Made by a program: the position numbers and the translations under genes
Shown here: positions 43,477 through 57,620 of the stretch, piece after piece
Numbering within the stretch: the stretch's first letter is position 1
Layout of the letters: every line of letters starts with the position of its first letter
Notes under the pieces: model-generated
What the model was told of the DNA's origin: nothing
The model's database searches: none
What the model saw: only the letters and a program-made list of their open reading frames with translations
From: Antechinus flavipes
Taxonomy: Eukaryota
Reading direction: 5' to 3'
Length of the DNA stretch: 64,000 bases
Assembly (NCBI RefSeq): GCF_016432865.1
Contig: NC_067401.1
Coordinates: forward strand, 248,496,001 to 248,560,000

Positions 43477-45172
43477 TTAAGCATTAAAATAATGAATGAA
43501 AAATGAGAGAAAATATATTACTAGAATCACTCAAATATTGCAATTATTTCCAACACATCAACTTCTGAGCACTTCCCAATTCCCACGTACAATAAGAAAA
43601 AACTACAATTCTTCTTTCAGAAAGGCTCATGAGACATAATTACTATTACTTATATTGGACATTTTTTAAATTCTGAAAAATAAACCCTTTAGTTAAAAAG
43701 CATCACTATTTTAAAGCATTTTTTTCTAACAGCAACAACTTTTTCAGTCTCCAATTCTTCAGGATTTTTCTATCTCTGATATTAAAAAATGAAATCAATA
43801 AGATTCTAGGGAAAAAATATGTCCTAATAGCATTTGGTGTCATATTCATGTCATTAAAGAAGTTTGGTTGATCACACACAATAGAGATAACTAATAGAAA
43901 GACCATGAGTATGTGTATTAATGCTATTCTTCCAATACTAATAGATGGAAACCCCGCCCCCCCCAACATGGGGGGAGGGAGGGAGAAGAGATACCTTTAT
44001 TAGTGAGCTTGCAGAAGGATATGAACAACAAAAAATATGAACAGTCAAGCCTACATGGTTTATGACTGATATCATTGGCAGGAATATACACCATGGAGAT
44101 CATATATCCACTTTGAATATGAGTCATATTAATGAGATATTTAGCTTGACAATGGTAATATCTAACATATTGAATATATATATGAGTCCATGAGTAAAGA
44201 AAATAATAAAAAATTTACTCTCAAGTTATAGAAGGCTCTGTTGTTGTTCATGGATTTGGAAGTTAAAAAGTTCTATAATTCTAAAGATGATATTCCCAAA
44301 GTCATAAAGTTCCTGTCACTCTGAGAGATATGACTATGGAAACTAGAGGAATATTCATGGTACAGTCAGCTAATGTGAGCAGGAGACAAGAAAATGGTGT
44401 TCCCTGCTGGTAGGCCAAGAACTAATCTATTAGTTGATTTTTTTGAAGTAGAGAGATAGCTATAATAGACATCTGAGTAATTCAAGTCTTCATTCTCGTA
44501 TCATACCCTCTCTGCCAAGTTTCTTTCTTGAATACCTCATCTATTTTCTCTATCTGGATAACATAGCCTTCAATGACAATAACACATTTGTTTCTGATAT
44601 CACTGAGTCTCACTCATGTTCAACCTTATGTTCTCACATTTTTCTTTCACAAATATATCTTAATAGTCAAGACGGAAAGCTAATGAATTTTAAAATTTTC
44701 TTTTCTTCTGAATCGAAATAGCAAATCAAGTGAGCAATTCCACATACAAAGTAGAATAGGATTGTAAATGAAAGCACAAATTTCTAAATAAAATATACTG
44801 AGTAACTTTGGGCTTTCTGTTCTCTTCTCTGCATTTTTATTATTTTCTTTTAATTTTTTTTTCTTAAAAAAATTTTTCCCCAACAATCCTATTGTTAGTC
44901 TTCTTTAACTCCTCCCTCTCCCCCCGCCCAATCTGGATTACTTAAGATGAAAGAAGTTTCTATCTTGAGTTCCCTATTCAATAAAATTATGGGTCTCAAC
45001 TAATATATTGCTATTTGGATTCTAACCCTCATCCATCCCCTTTACCTGATTTTTTTCTTTTTAGTATGTTTTACCTTTCCAGAATCATTTTCTTATCATG
45101 TGTCTCTTCCCATCAAAGTTCCAGTAACATAGTAAAGCTAGAGCTTTATAAAATAAGAATATAGTCATTTAC

Positions 45173-45249
45173 CTTGAACTGCCATCACTGTGCCATGCTC
45201 TCTCTTCATCTTCTGATGTTCCACCACTGACAGCAACTATTTCACCTTC
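45173..45249 (-). CDS. PHIP: PHIP exon ~22 (77 nt)
   Basis: EGEIVAVSGGTSEDEERAWHSDGSS(S); tttttag| acceptor, |gtaaat donor; phase 0-2. Confidence 0.94.
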
Positions 45250-46747
45250 CTAAAAATTTAAGAGATTTTGAAAGTATCTTTATTGTACATCTCTACAAAA
45301 ATTATTAGTAAAATCTGGAGAGATTATTAACATTAGAGAACTTTTATTACTTAATCTATTATTAGTATTTGACAAAAAATACAGAGTTTATTCTCATAAT
45401 AAACAAATTTTTTGTCAATTTAAAATTCAGAGATATAAAGACAATATTCCTGGAACTATTATCTCCAAAGGGCTATAAAGATGTATAAAGATGCATCAAA
45501 CTTATTTTAGAAAAAAATCTTTCAGAAATTATCATTATGCAATCAACCACTGAGTACAATTTTCACTTTTCCTGGTCTGGTGAGAGGACCTAAAAAAAGG
45601 TTATAACTCAATTTATTCTACTGATACTACTGAACAATTTCATTAAATAAAAATAAAAAGTATAAACTATATCTGTATTTATCGAATGTTAATAGCCTTC
45701 TAATCAGAGATTTAAAGCTAAAACTTAGCTGCTACACAAAAATATAATTAAAAACCCTTAAAAAAAATCTTGGCTTAACATTTATAATTCAAAATAATGG
45801 AAATTCTAATAGTGAGAAATACAGAAAACTAATAGTTCATTTTCAGAATTATAGTCAAAATAATTCTATTTTTTTTTGTTTTAGAATTTTTAAATTTAGA
45901 ACCATAATTTTTTCATACATTATAAATGATTGAATTGCTATGGTTTTAAATCTTAAGGCATCATTTAAATTGTATCAATCAAAAGGAGTATTCATTCTTT
46001 CATCGCTATTCCTTAATGGATGTGTGCCAGGTAAGCTTAAAGCAGTTCTTTCACAGTCTTCTGTATAAGTGACATTAAACTGAAATCTGTTCCTTGACCA
46101 ATAACTGAGTATATTTTAATAATTTATTCATTGATATAAATCAGGGACACTATTTTTTCTTACTCCTAGGTTAAAATCTAAATTATGTGTGTATATGTAA
46201 TTTTAAGTATATATAAAAATAAAAATCATTCCTTTATCTTAGACTATGAGAACATCAGTAAAAATAAATTTTTGCGGTGTTTTAGTTTATATTATTTAGA
46301 ATAAGAAAAAATTTTTTAAATGATGATCCTCATTCCAGTATGCAAGATTAGACAAATTATTAAATTATATCATCTTAATGTTTTTTCAAATACAATAAAC
46401 TTTATGTACAAAGGCCACCAAAAAGTTTTAAAAACATGGGAATAATAGTTTTTAATATAATACAAATGTTTCATCACATAGAATGGAAATGAAGAATGTG
46501 ATGCTTGATTTGTGTGTTCACTTTGGCCTCCTTATTTTAAATGAGGAATTATTTTGCATGCATTAGATTTCTCCATAAAATGGTGATAAGCAGAGTCAAT
46601 ATTTAGTTTCAGCCATATCTTCAAAGTGAACAAGCTCTTTTAATAGGGATGAGTTGGAACATATAAATCCACTTTGGTCACTGAGATTTCCTTAACAAGT
46701 AATCATTCAGAATACAGATGTGGTGTTTGTATCTTACTGATTAGAAT

Positions 46748-46927
46748 TTTATGCTTGTTGTTGAGTTGTTTCAGTCATGTCTGACTTTCTGACTCCATTT
46801 TGGGTTTTCTTGGCAGAGATACTGAACTGGTCTGCCATTTTCCTTTTCCAGCTCATTTTATAAATGAGGAATTGAGGCAAATAGGGTGAAATGACTTGCA
46901 CAGGATCACAAAAAGCTAGTAAGTGAA
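46748..46927 (-). mobile_element. Mar1-like CORE-SINE
   Basis: ttgttgttgagttgtttcagtcatgtctgact...tttcttggcagagatactgaactggtctgccatttccttttccagctcatttta. Confidence 0.8.
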
Positions 46928-47818
46928 AGCTGTAAATTTTATTATGCATTCTTAATTTTAAAAGCACATGAATAAAGTGGTTTCTCGTAAAATACTTTGG
47001 TCACCAAATAAAGTTGTTTTTTTAAAATATATGGTATCCAATTGATTTTTTTTCCCTCTCTGGGAAACTCTCAATCTGAACTCCTAAGATTACTGTAGAT
47101 AAAAATGTTATAAATTTATAATATGCTTTAACTTGTACAATTGGCTTAGAACAAGTGTCCATAGGACAGATTACTGCAATAACTTGCTAATCAGCTTGTG
47201 AATACAGCCACAGTTGTGTTTGGAATGTAGTGATAAAAGAAGAAAAAAAGTGTCTATTTTCTCTAAACTTAAAGGCAAACTTTTTCTGGTCATCTGGGGG
47301 AAAAAATCATAAATATCTGTTTTTTTTAAAAGCCACAAAATTATTACAGTGTAATCCTGCCAATAAAGTTAATTTGTAAACAAAATACTAAGTAACAAGT
47401 AATTTTTAATTTTTAAATGTAGATTCTAAAGCAATGCAGGCAAATCTGATTTTTAAAAAATTTGTTTCCCTTTCAACTATAATTATAATTGATAAGAACG
47501 TATAATCTAATGACTAGACTGTTGGTTGTTTCAGTTCAAATAATTTTCCAGAGTTCCTACAAAAATCTGAAAACAAATCTCTGTATTAAATCTTTTCTTT
47601 GAAATAGTGTCTATTAATATTTTTCTTTTTGAACTTAATCCTTTTCCTGTTCTTTTAATGAAATGCAACAAATTATAGCAAATCAAATTTTTAAAAAAAT
47701 TACAAATCTATCTATATTTAATGCTTCAAGCACTAAAAACACACCTGTATTCAACATAGGAACAATAAACTGTTATAGAGTAATCAATTCATATTAGTAT
47801 ATGGATCTGTGATCTTAC

Positions 47819-47959
47819 ATCTGAAGAACTATTGCCATTTTCTAACTCTTCTGAGGGTCTTGCTGTTTCTTCCAAGGCAGATCTTGTACGGTAGTTATGC
47901 TGATTAGTTTGTTGCTTTCTTGAGTCTCCAGAGTCAAGTAAATGATCATGAGTATGATT
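47819..47959 (-). CDS. PHIP: PHIP exon ~21 (141 nt)
   Basis: [47 protein letters not shown]; poly-T taag| acceptor, |gtaaga donor; phase 0-0. Confidence 0.95.
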
Positions 47960-48539
47960 CTTAAAAAAAAAACCAAAGAATTAATTTAACCAATATATCT
48001 GTTGAATATACATTACAAATTATAGATTTGTAAATATATTGCAGCAACTACAGGATTTCTATTGTTGCACTAAGTGAAAAGACAATATATAAAATGCATG
48101 GAAATATATGCCTTAAAGAGCAAACATAACAACAGATAACAGCCATGATTTTACATGATTTAATTTTGAAGATTGACAACCACTTAAGAAATAAGCTGTT
48201 TTCTTTTATGTAAATGACTTCTATTGTTCAAAGTAGGGTGGCCTCCTGCAGGTCATAAAATTCTACAAACATTAAAAGCAACTAACCAATAGAGCATGAA
48301 GTAAGAAGCACAAGGAAATATACAAATTAAAGCACAATTTTTCAGATTTTTAGGTTCTTCAATTAGTACTTCCTACAAGATATAGATGGGAAAATTTTTA
48401 ATTGGATACAAGGAAAAACTTACTAACACACTTAGAGCTGTCCGAAAGTACAATGGACTTTTGGAATAGGAATACTGGAATACCCATTAATACTGGATTC
48501 TTCATTATTATGTCTTCAAAGCAGAGATTTACATTAGGG

Positions 48540-48710
48540 GAGGGTCTGTGATTTTAATATGTGTACTTCAATATATTTGTATTTCAACATAATTGGTTTC
48601 CTTTGCAATGCTGGTATTTTATTTTACTTTATGCATAAACATTCAGAGAAATGGTCTGTCAAGTTTACTGGATTGCTGAGGTCCATAGCAAAAAAGAAAA
48701 AAAGAAAAGT
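48540..48710 (+). mobile_element. hAT-Charlie (Charlie4-like) non-autonomous DNA transposon end
   Basis: gtatttcaacataattggtttcctttgcaatgctggtattttatttt...gaggtccatagcaaaaaag, resembling the Charlie4 3' end as I recall it. Confidence 0.55.
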
Positions 48711-49076
48711 GAAAATTTTAGCACAAGAGGGACAGGAATGTGGTAAAAGAAATGTCAGTTCATAAGCAAGTTGAACATGATTTGTAAGGTCTCCTCTTAA
48801 CTATTTTTTTGGGGGGGAGAGGGGGTTGTATATACATGATCATTGGTATGCCATCTTGGAAAATTGGAAATTTTGAAAAAAAAAAAAAAAAAAAGCCCAC
48901 AAAGTAACAACATGTTTCTTTAGAATTGCTAACTGTGGCTGATCTTCATAATTAAAAATGCAAGAGACACCACTACCAACCCAGAGGAATATGCACAAAC
49001 AGATTTGGCTTGGATTCCATTTGGGACTTTTCAGTAAAGAATTTAGTACCTTAAATGGCAATAGATTCTATTTTGT

Positions 49077-49080
<4 letters not shown>

Positions 49081-49118
<38 letters not shown>
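49081..49118. repeat. (CA)19 microsatellite
   Basis: Read directly. Confidence 0.95.
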
Positions 49119-49120
<2 letters not shown>

Positions 49121-50690
49121 AATTTTTAAAATTCACTTATAAAAGTGATTTTTAAAATACTTCTTTCCATTTGAATTATGTATCCTTATAACCTCTATCA
49201 ATTGAGTATAGCTTTACTAATTGAGTATAGTAATAATATTCTCTGAAATCACACAGAATACATTTTACACGCCACACTTAGTCCTGGTGGGCTATTACAA
49301 TTTACATTTTTTATATCAATGTTTATGTCTTTCCAAACACTTTTCTTCTGACTTAATATTATTCCCAGGTTGTTTAATCCTTAGTAACAAACTTAACTAA
49401 ATCTTGTTCAATGTGTTTAGGTACCAAATGGCAATGGGTATATACAACTACTAATAAGATGTTCAAAAAGGATTAAAGGTTTGTAATACCCCATTTAAAA
49501 AGAAAATTAAACTAATCATAAGATCAAATTTCTTCTGAGGATCAAAATGTAAAATTGTTTTGTGATGGTTTACAGAAAATATTATGTATTTATGGTCAAT
49601 TCAATAATTGTTTTATATTGATAACAACAACAAAAATTGATTAAGTTATCTAACTTAATTTAAAGAAAAATAAACATAGAAAAAAAATGAAGGAATCAGA
49701 TTATTATTCCAAGAAGTTACAATTCTAATTGAAACTAGTTGAAATTCAATTTGGAATTGAGGTCACTTCATGAAAATCAGCACCACTGCATACCAACTAA
49801 TCTTTTCCTAAATCGCTAATGTATGTTAGTCACTTTATCCATTTTTATAAGTTAAAAATACACAGATTCAGAGAGCAAAACAAGTTTTTTTTTAAAAAAA
49901 ATAATGCTATTTGTCAATCACCATAAAATATAGCATGAATAACAGTAAATCATTTGCTCCTACTACCAAATAGAAAGTATTTCATGATATTTCAGATTAT
50001 TGTCCTGAAAAGTACTATACACTCAGAAATTTAAACATGTGTTTAGTCTCACTTTACACTTCTGTATTTTATTTCATATTAAAAATATTTCCACTTTTTA
50101 TAAGATTTTTAAAATGTTTTTATTCTTAGAGTGAAATAACAAAAGACCTGATTGTTCTTTTCCAAATGTCACATTTTCTAGCTAGATTAACAGTAAGATT
50201 TTAAGAAAAATTGTTTTATTCAAAATCATAATGTAGCAAAAATGTCATCAACTTTGTGAAAATCAGTGTGTTTAAAATTCCTCCCCCAAGAAAACTGCAA
50301 TTCTGAAAAAAAGGAAGAATAAAACAACTGCTATCAACTCTCAAACAAGAAAAGTCTCACTGGTAAAGCATTTGTTAAGATTTAAATCTGGGACACTAAT
50401 GGACATCTCCCACTTCTTGCCACATAATTCTCCATATGACTGAAACAAAAAGAAGTCAATTGCGTAATTTCAAAGAAACAATGCCCTGAGCAGTCTCCTC
50501 TACTTCCCACAAAATAAATAAGGCTTAATAGTATTACAAAATTTAAAGATTAGGAAAAATAAGTATGTTTTGATTTATATAAGTGATCAAAGGATATTAT
50601 CACTTATTTTCCATTATTTGAACCAACTTTATTTACCTCTCTTTAAAATAAATTAGATATGATCTTAGATGCTAAGGGGGCTTGCTTATT

Positions 50691-50715
50691 AAAAAAAAAA
50701 AAAAAAAAAAAAAAA
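50691..50715. repeat. A25 homopolymer
   Basis: Read directly. Confidence 0.9.
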
Positions 50716-52044
50716 GTTTTCCAAAGTCCATCTTCCCAAAGGTGAACTGAAAGTACTTAAAATTAGGTTCCTTGTTTCTTTCTTAATTATGCACAGCTAG
50801 TAGAAATCCTAAATGATTTCTTACTGACGAAATATAAAGGCCTCTTCATTACATAGTAATCCCCGAAATAGTGAACACTTAATGGTTCACACATTAAAGA
50901 ACATGAGAAACTTTCAAGATCACCTAGTTAAAATCTCATTTTAGATATGAGGAAATGGAGGCAAGAGAGACAATATCTCTAGAAAATGGCAAGAGTAAAA
51001 GATGAACTCTGATACTTGGGCTCCAATTTGTATCTCACTATCTTTAATTTAATTAGTTCTGCAATTTTCATTTATTTATCTAATCTACAGGATCAACTAC
51101 TCATTCTTCTTAGCAAAAGTCAGTGAAGTAAACAAGAAGATTCAATTTCATTTTGTATGACTGATTTAGTCCATGAAGGCAATTTTATGTTCTCCAAAGG
51201 ATGATATATTAGAATTGCAGAAACTATCAGATGAGAGAATCTGGTACGAATCACGGAAAAAGAGTTGTGACAATTTATGATGAATTCCTATGCAGGGTTA
51301 TTGACAGAGGTAGCTATGTATCAACCTCATAACAAGAGAGATAATGATGACTTTCCTTGATATAAATCCAAGACTTAACAGGGAATCTCCCAAGACTTAT
51401 AAAAATAAATGAAAACTATCCAGTTATAATGCTTAGTTATATATATATACATACACATATATATATATATTTAAAAGGATATTGTCAGAAGATTAAAATA
51501 TACCTATAAATATGAAATCCGGGGCAAAGAAATTGAAGACCAAAGGAGAAACAAGTAATTTGGAGAGTAAACAGACTGCTAAGTAGACAGTTTCCAAGGA
51601 TGATTGGACTTCTAGGTAACACCTTAAAAAAACAGATTTCTGGCCACATAGCAATATTTTTTTTAAAAAAACTGCTAACAATGTATTTGCTAGGTGTCTC
51701 ACAAATCTAATCAAAAGAGTTTTATTTTAAAATGACTAGAGAGGGAGATTACCTATGCATACTCACTAAACTACATATGTATCATAGAAAGTAGCTAAAA
51801 TAAAGGAAGAATACCAGCAAATAAAATTTTCAAGAAAAAGGTCAACTAAACTGGCTTAAAACATCTATGCACAAATGCCTAAAGATTAAACAACAAAATC
51901 AAGGAGGAAGAGAAAGTCTAATACAAGAAAGCAAAGCAGAGAATAGTTTCGGGATAGGGAAGAGGAGAATAGTAGCTTATTTAAATGAAGCAAGATTGGT
52001 TAAAAAGTCTGGGATCAGGGAAGTAGTACCAAGTATATATATAT

Positions 52045-52048
<4 letters not shown>

Positions 52049-52094
<46 letters not shown>
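52049..52094. repeat. (AC)23 microsatellite preceded by a short (TA)n
   Basis: Read directly. Confidence 0.95.
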
Positions 52095-52097
<3 letters not shown>

Positions 52098-52126
52098 ATT
52101 TTTCTTACTTAAGTATAATATAGACC

Positions 52127-52310
52127 AGGGGCTGATAAAATATGCCAATGAGTGTGTAGTTTTATTTCAGGGGATTCGTAAACTTGGATGCCACAAAAAA
52201 TTAAATCAAATTTAAAAATTAGACCTTTATTTTCAATAACCTCTAATTAAAATATATCATTTCTTTCAACATTTTAAAAATGATATTATGAGAAGGGGTC
52301 AAGAGATTTC
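52127..52310 (+). mobile_element. hAT-Charlie (Charlie4z-like) MITE inside L3
   Basis: caggggct...tttcaggggattcgtaaacttggatg...ctttattttcaataacctctaatt...attatgagaaggggtc. Confidence 0.55.
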
Positions 52311-53455
52311 ATTACTGTCCAAGAAGGCCATGAGACATAAAAAAAGAATAAAATCCTTGTAACAAGTCACTTGATCAGAAAAGAGAAAATAGGTATGAAA
52401 AAATATTGGGTTTTTTTTTAGGTTGGGATGGGGAATCAGTAACCTGACACAAAAACACAATATAGTAGTGATTGGAAGACTTAAACTAACCAGAAATCTA
52501 TTAGTAACTTTCCCCTTTGTTTTGGTGATAGTTTTCATCTTCAAAAAGTGATAAAATAACTAGGAAAAATTCTATTTTAAATCTGATACTCAATAATAAT
52601 AAAAAAAAATCTGGCTGCTAGGAGTAGAAATGGTTTAAACAGTGGAAAGATGTCACCATTCCCTCCTCAAGATCATGACAGAAAAGCAGAAGAAAGCTAG
52701 TCACAGTCTAACATCCTAGGATTAGGAATTAGATAGGCTCCTATAGATTAAAATTCTATGGAAGAAGTACACAAGGAATGGGGGAAAATGCTCAAGGATG
52801 AAATTCTTTAGATGCAAAGTTAATCAACTCCAATGAAGAAAAATAGGAATCATTTGAATAGAAAATATAATAGGGGATCTATGCTTGGCTAGCCAAATAA
52901 CCCTATGTTACTAAACATTTTTGGTCAATAATTTAGATAAAAGCATAGATGGAATATCATTAGATTTGTAGATGACACCAAAACAGATCAGGATTCAAAA
53001 GGACAGCATTTAGATGAAATGCACTAGAAACAAATATAAATTTAGTATAAAACATTTTTTCTTAATATTATTTGAAAGATGTAGTAGGCAGGTTCAATGA
53101 GTTATTAGTGTATATGGCAGCCAAAAAAGAAACATGATTATTAAAAAGTATGAGAATGAATAATGAGAAAATCAGATATCACAGAGGAAATGTTATGGAA
53201 GAGTACTTAAGTAAAGCAATAGAAGGAGAAACAGAAGAATGGCATTGGCAAATACTATAAATACTTAGCCAAAAATAAATAAATAAAGAAAGCCTTCCCC
53301 CCCCCCCCCAAAAAAAACCCCTCCATAAACCTTCCACAAAGATGTGATATAAAAGTAACAGGAGACTTCAAATGCTCAGTCATTTGTTTACCTCCTGAAA
53401 CACTCTTTCAAACAAGAGAATTTGCCTAGATGGTAATAAATAAATAAAGTTTTGT

Positions 53456-53604
53456 TTATTTATTTTTCTGTCGGTGCAATTGGGGTTAATAACTTGCTCA
53501 GGGTCATACAGCTAGGAAGTGTTAAGTGTCTTGAGGCCAGATTTGAAATCAGGTTCTCCTGACTTCAGGGTTGGTGCTCTATTCACCTCACCAACTAGCT
53601 TACC
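53456..53604 (-). mobile_element. WSINE1-like SINE inserted in L3
   Basis: gcaattggggttaataacttgctcagggtcatacagctaggaagtgttaagtgtc...ctcctgacttcagggttggtgctcta. Confidence 0.85.
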
Positions 53605-54370
53605 TGCCCGATACCAAAACTTTTGATAAAAATATTGTATAGCATCCTTGGAGAAGATACAAAAATTTGGAGCAGATAATATAGTTTTATGAATTCGGAA
53701 TCAAGTGTTGAATGGCCAGATATGAGAGTCATCAGTAGTTCAACATTAAATTGATGAACAATCTCAAGTGCACTGTATGATGTTCTTGATAGACCTATGT
53801 TGATTATACTTTTTATAAATAAATTAGACACAAATAATGTGTTCATTTATATGTATAACACAGGAAGATACAGAACACATTTGGTGGCACAATCAAAATC
53901 TAAAAAGATGTCAGAAACCTGGAGTGAATCGAATGAGATGAAATCCAAAACAGATAAATGTAGATTTGCATTCGGACACTGCTTAAAACCAAACCAAAAC
54001 AAAACCAGTACAGAATAGAGGAAACATAATAAAATAGCAATTTGCTTGGAAATGATCTAGGGGGGTTATTAATAAGTTACACATTTAGTACGAATCAGCA
54101 GTATGTGGTAGCTAAAAAAGATAATGTAATCTTTGGCTACATGATAAAAGGTATAAGAAAAATATGTCAAGTACTACTCTGTGCTCTACAGTAGCTAGAT
54201 CAAGTGTGAAATACTGTGTTCAATTCTCATCATCACAGTTAAAAAAAATAGCTTGAAGTATTTAGATAAGAGTGAACATATCAGAAAAGGGCCTTTCTTC
54301 TGTATTGTATGAAGCTGGACTGAATGAAAGCCTCATTTCTCCTATATATAAAGAACTGACTTAAATTTAT

Positions 54371-55380
54371 AAGAATAAGAGCCATTCTCCAGTTGATAAA
54401 TGGTCAAAGGATATGAATAGACAATTTTCAGATTAAGAAATTAAAGCCATTTCTAGTCATATGAGAAAATGCTCTATGTTACTATTTATTAGAGAAAATG
54501 AAAATTAAGGCAACTCTGATGTACTCCCTCACACTTCTCAGACTAAGATAATAGGAAGAGATAATGAAAAGTGGAGAGGATATGGGAAAACTGGGACACT
54601 AATGCACTGGTGGTGGAGTTGTGATTCAGCTATTCTTGAGAACAATCTGGAACTATGCTCAAAGGGCTATCAAACTGTGCATATTCTTTGATCTAGCAGT
54701 GTCTCTACTTGGTTTGTATCCAAAAGAGATCATAATAAAAGGAAAAGAACCCACATGTGCAAAAACATTTGCCTTTTTGTAGTGGCAAGGAACTGGAAAC
54801 TGATTGGATGCACATCACTTGGATAATGTCTGAATGAGTTATGATATATGAATGTTATGGAATATTACTGTAAGAAAACAATCAGCAGGATGATTTCAGA
54901 AAGGCCTGGAAAGACTTACATGAACTGATACTACACTGAGTGAAGTGAGTAGAACCAAGAGAACATTGTACACAGCAACAGCAAGATTATGTGATGATTA
55001 ACTGTGATGTAATTGGTTCTTGAACAATGAGGTGATTCAAGGCAATTCCAAAAGACTTTTAATGGAGAGAGCCATCTGCATATAAGGAGAGGACTATGTG
55101 CATCACAGCATAGAATTTTCATATTTTTGTTGTTTCTTTGCTTTTTTTTTCTTTTTTTATCTATTTTTTTTTCCTTTTGATCTGATTTTTCTTGCACAGC
55201 ATAATATATGTAGAAATATATTTAGAAGAAATGCACATGTTAAACCTATATTGGATTATTTGATGTTTGGGAAGGGGGGAAGTGGGAAAGGATAGAGAAA
55301 AATTTTGAACACAAGGTTTTGCAAGGGTAATTGAAACTATCTTTGCATGTATTTTGAAAAATAAAGCTATTATTTTTAAA
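54371..55380 (+). mobile_element. Older 5'-truncated LINE-1 (ORF2 end and 3' UTR)
   Basis: agccattctccagttgataaatggtcaaaggatatgaatag, ggaaaactgggacactaatgcac and a G-rich 3' end followed by aataaa; homologous to the 21.7-kb copy but more diverged. Confidence 0.85.
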
Positions 55381-55799
55381 ATGATCCAAATCAAACATAA
55401 TTATATGTACTAAATTATGAATATATTTCAAGAAGTTAAATCATGTTTTTTTTAGAATACAAATTACTCTGTGAAACTAAAAAATATTAATCATTCGAAA
55501 TTTGAAATCTATGTTCAAATTATTCATGTGTACAGTGACATATAAATTGATCTGTCCAAAGTGTATTTTTGACCTTGCTCTCTCCAATGGTACAGCTCCC
55601 AGACCATTCATGTTAAATTCTGTGATTCCTATCCCCAAACATACTTCATTGATAATGTATCAAAAGCTCTGAAGGGTTTTTTTTCTGGATCTTTTATTAT
55701 TTCATGGATACTGGATCAACAATCAGGTTATCTTTCACTATTCCAATATTCACTTTCTTTTCTAATGATATGGGTCCTTGATAATGTTATTTTGTGCTA

Positions 55800-56065
55800 C
55801 TGCTATATAGTGCAGCGGCCATGTGGAACACCAGAAGTGCTGAGCCTGGAGTCAGGAAGACCCAAGTTCAAATAAAGTCTCACAATTTACTAGTTGTTGA
55901 TCCTAGACAAGTCATTTCACCTTTTTTGCCTCAGTTTCCTCATTTGTCATATGATAATATCTACCTATAATGGGGTTGTTCTGACAACTAAATGAGACAG
56001 TATTTCTTAAGTGTTTAGTATAATACCATACATAGTAAGCACTACATAAATACTAATTATTGTTA
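55800..56065 (+). mobile_element. MIR SINE
   Basis: gagcctggagtcaggaagacccaagttcaaat...gcctcagtttcctcatttgtc. Confidence 0.8.
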
Positions 56066-56867
56066 TTTTTAATCATACACGTTATAATGGTAACTTGCTT
56101 TAGCTTACTTAAACTATAGCTTTTTGTTTCATATACAATTTTGTTAGGATGTTCCATCATTTACAATCCATATAGCTTCACTAGGGATTGAAAAATGAAT
56201 TTTTAAATGGAGAAGCTTGGGATCTTTAAAAATCTTGCCTTTCTGTCCAGATTTGGGTCCAGAATATTATGTTTGCAGTGCCTAAGACAAACACTCTCGC
56301 TCTCTCAAAATGTCCAGTAAATCGATATTCTGCACAATCTGCATTATAAATCTATTTGTTTTTCTTATAGAGAAATTCTAATCGACCAATTCTCACCATA
56401 GAGTCTCTAGTTTTCTGGGGTCTTGCAAAACCACAAACATGCAGTCTAGTGCAATTATCTAAAGGGGATGAATTTTATGCTCGAATGAACTGGACATTTT
56501 TTCATGCTATCTGAAAAATACCTTTGGATATGATATCTTTTTCTCTCATGACTCAATTAATACAGGCAAAAATGATTACTAAAGAAAGTCATCACTATGG
56601 CTATATGGGGAAGGACGTAGATTTTTGGGGAAATTTTGATGGAGGAAAGCTTTAAAAACTGAGGTTTGTTTGATTCAAACTATCTCATAAACAAACAATA
56701 TACATAATGGAACTCTATATTCTCTATAGTCATATTAATCATGTGACTAGGAAGATGGAAAAATTGTTTGCAATAGCTTAACAGTTTCCTTCTCACATAC
56801 TAGTTTAGATATTCTCAATGTCATTCTCATAATAATAAAATTCTCATTTTATAGAAAAGAGGCTATA

Positions 56868-56922
56868 CCAGTGATTTTATTAGAATAAGACATTCCAGTG
56901 ACTTTCATTAGAATAAGACATT
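56868..56922. repeat. 27/28-bp imperfect tandem duplication (ccagtga..ttt.attagaataagacatt x2)
   Basis: Read directly. Confidence 0.85.
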
Positions 56923-57454
56923 CTCTTTAACCATGCAAGTCAGACATCTCTCCATTATTTAGTCCTAAATGTTAAGTGTCTTGTCCAGAGTCACATATAG
57001 AAGAGCCGGATTTTTCTGGCTTTAGGTTAGCCTTTTCTTCCCAATAAACCACATTAGTTTCTCTTATCAATATTACATGAAAAAAGCTATAGTAAGGGTT
57101 TGAAGTTCTAAATCTTACTGGTTCCCTTTTGATGGGAATTAATATTGTGTATGAATTTTTCTATACATTTGGAATGTTACCTTCCTTGAAATAAATTAAA
57201 TTAATCCTTGAATAATTGTACATTATACTTATTCCAGGGCATAATTGCATATTTATTTTAGTGAAATACAGTTATCCTTCCCAATTTCATCTTAAGTGAC
57301 ATTTCTTTCTACTGATACAGAAAATATGGCAAAATTGTACTGATTTCCAACTTTTTTTCATCATTTTTCTAATCCCACCTCAGAATGCTCTGGTGTAAAT
57401 TTGGTTGCCTTCTTCAAAGGATGCTACCATAACCACTGATGATAATAGCTATAT

Positions 57455-57620
57455 TAGCTAATAGCTATATTATCATAATAGCTAATTATCATGTGCCATG
57501 CACTGTGCTAAGCATTTCACAATTATTATCTCATTAGATACCAACAATTCTGAGAGGTAGGTGATATTTTTTTCTCTATTTATAGATGAGAAATTGAGAC
57601 AGAAATGAAGTCACAATGTC
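57455..57620 (-). mobile_element. MIR SINE
   Basis: atgtgccatgcactgtgctaagcatttcacaattattatctcattagat...atagatgagaaattgagac. Confidence 0.75.

Larger units (their letters stand above)
51500..54300 (+). mobile_element. Fragmented L3/CR1 LINE, interrupted by younger elements
   Basis: ORF2-start-like (ttaaaacatctatgcacaaatgcc), RT-like (ttagatttgtagatgacac) and 3' region (gaatcagcagtatgtggtagctaaaaaagataatgtaatctttggc; aatactgtgttcaattct). Confidence 0.65.
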
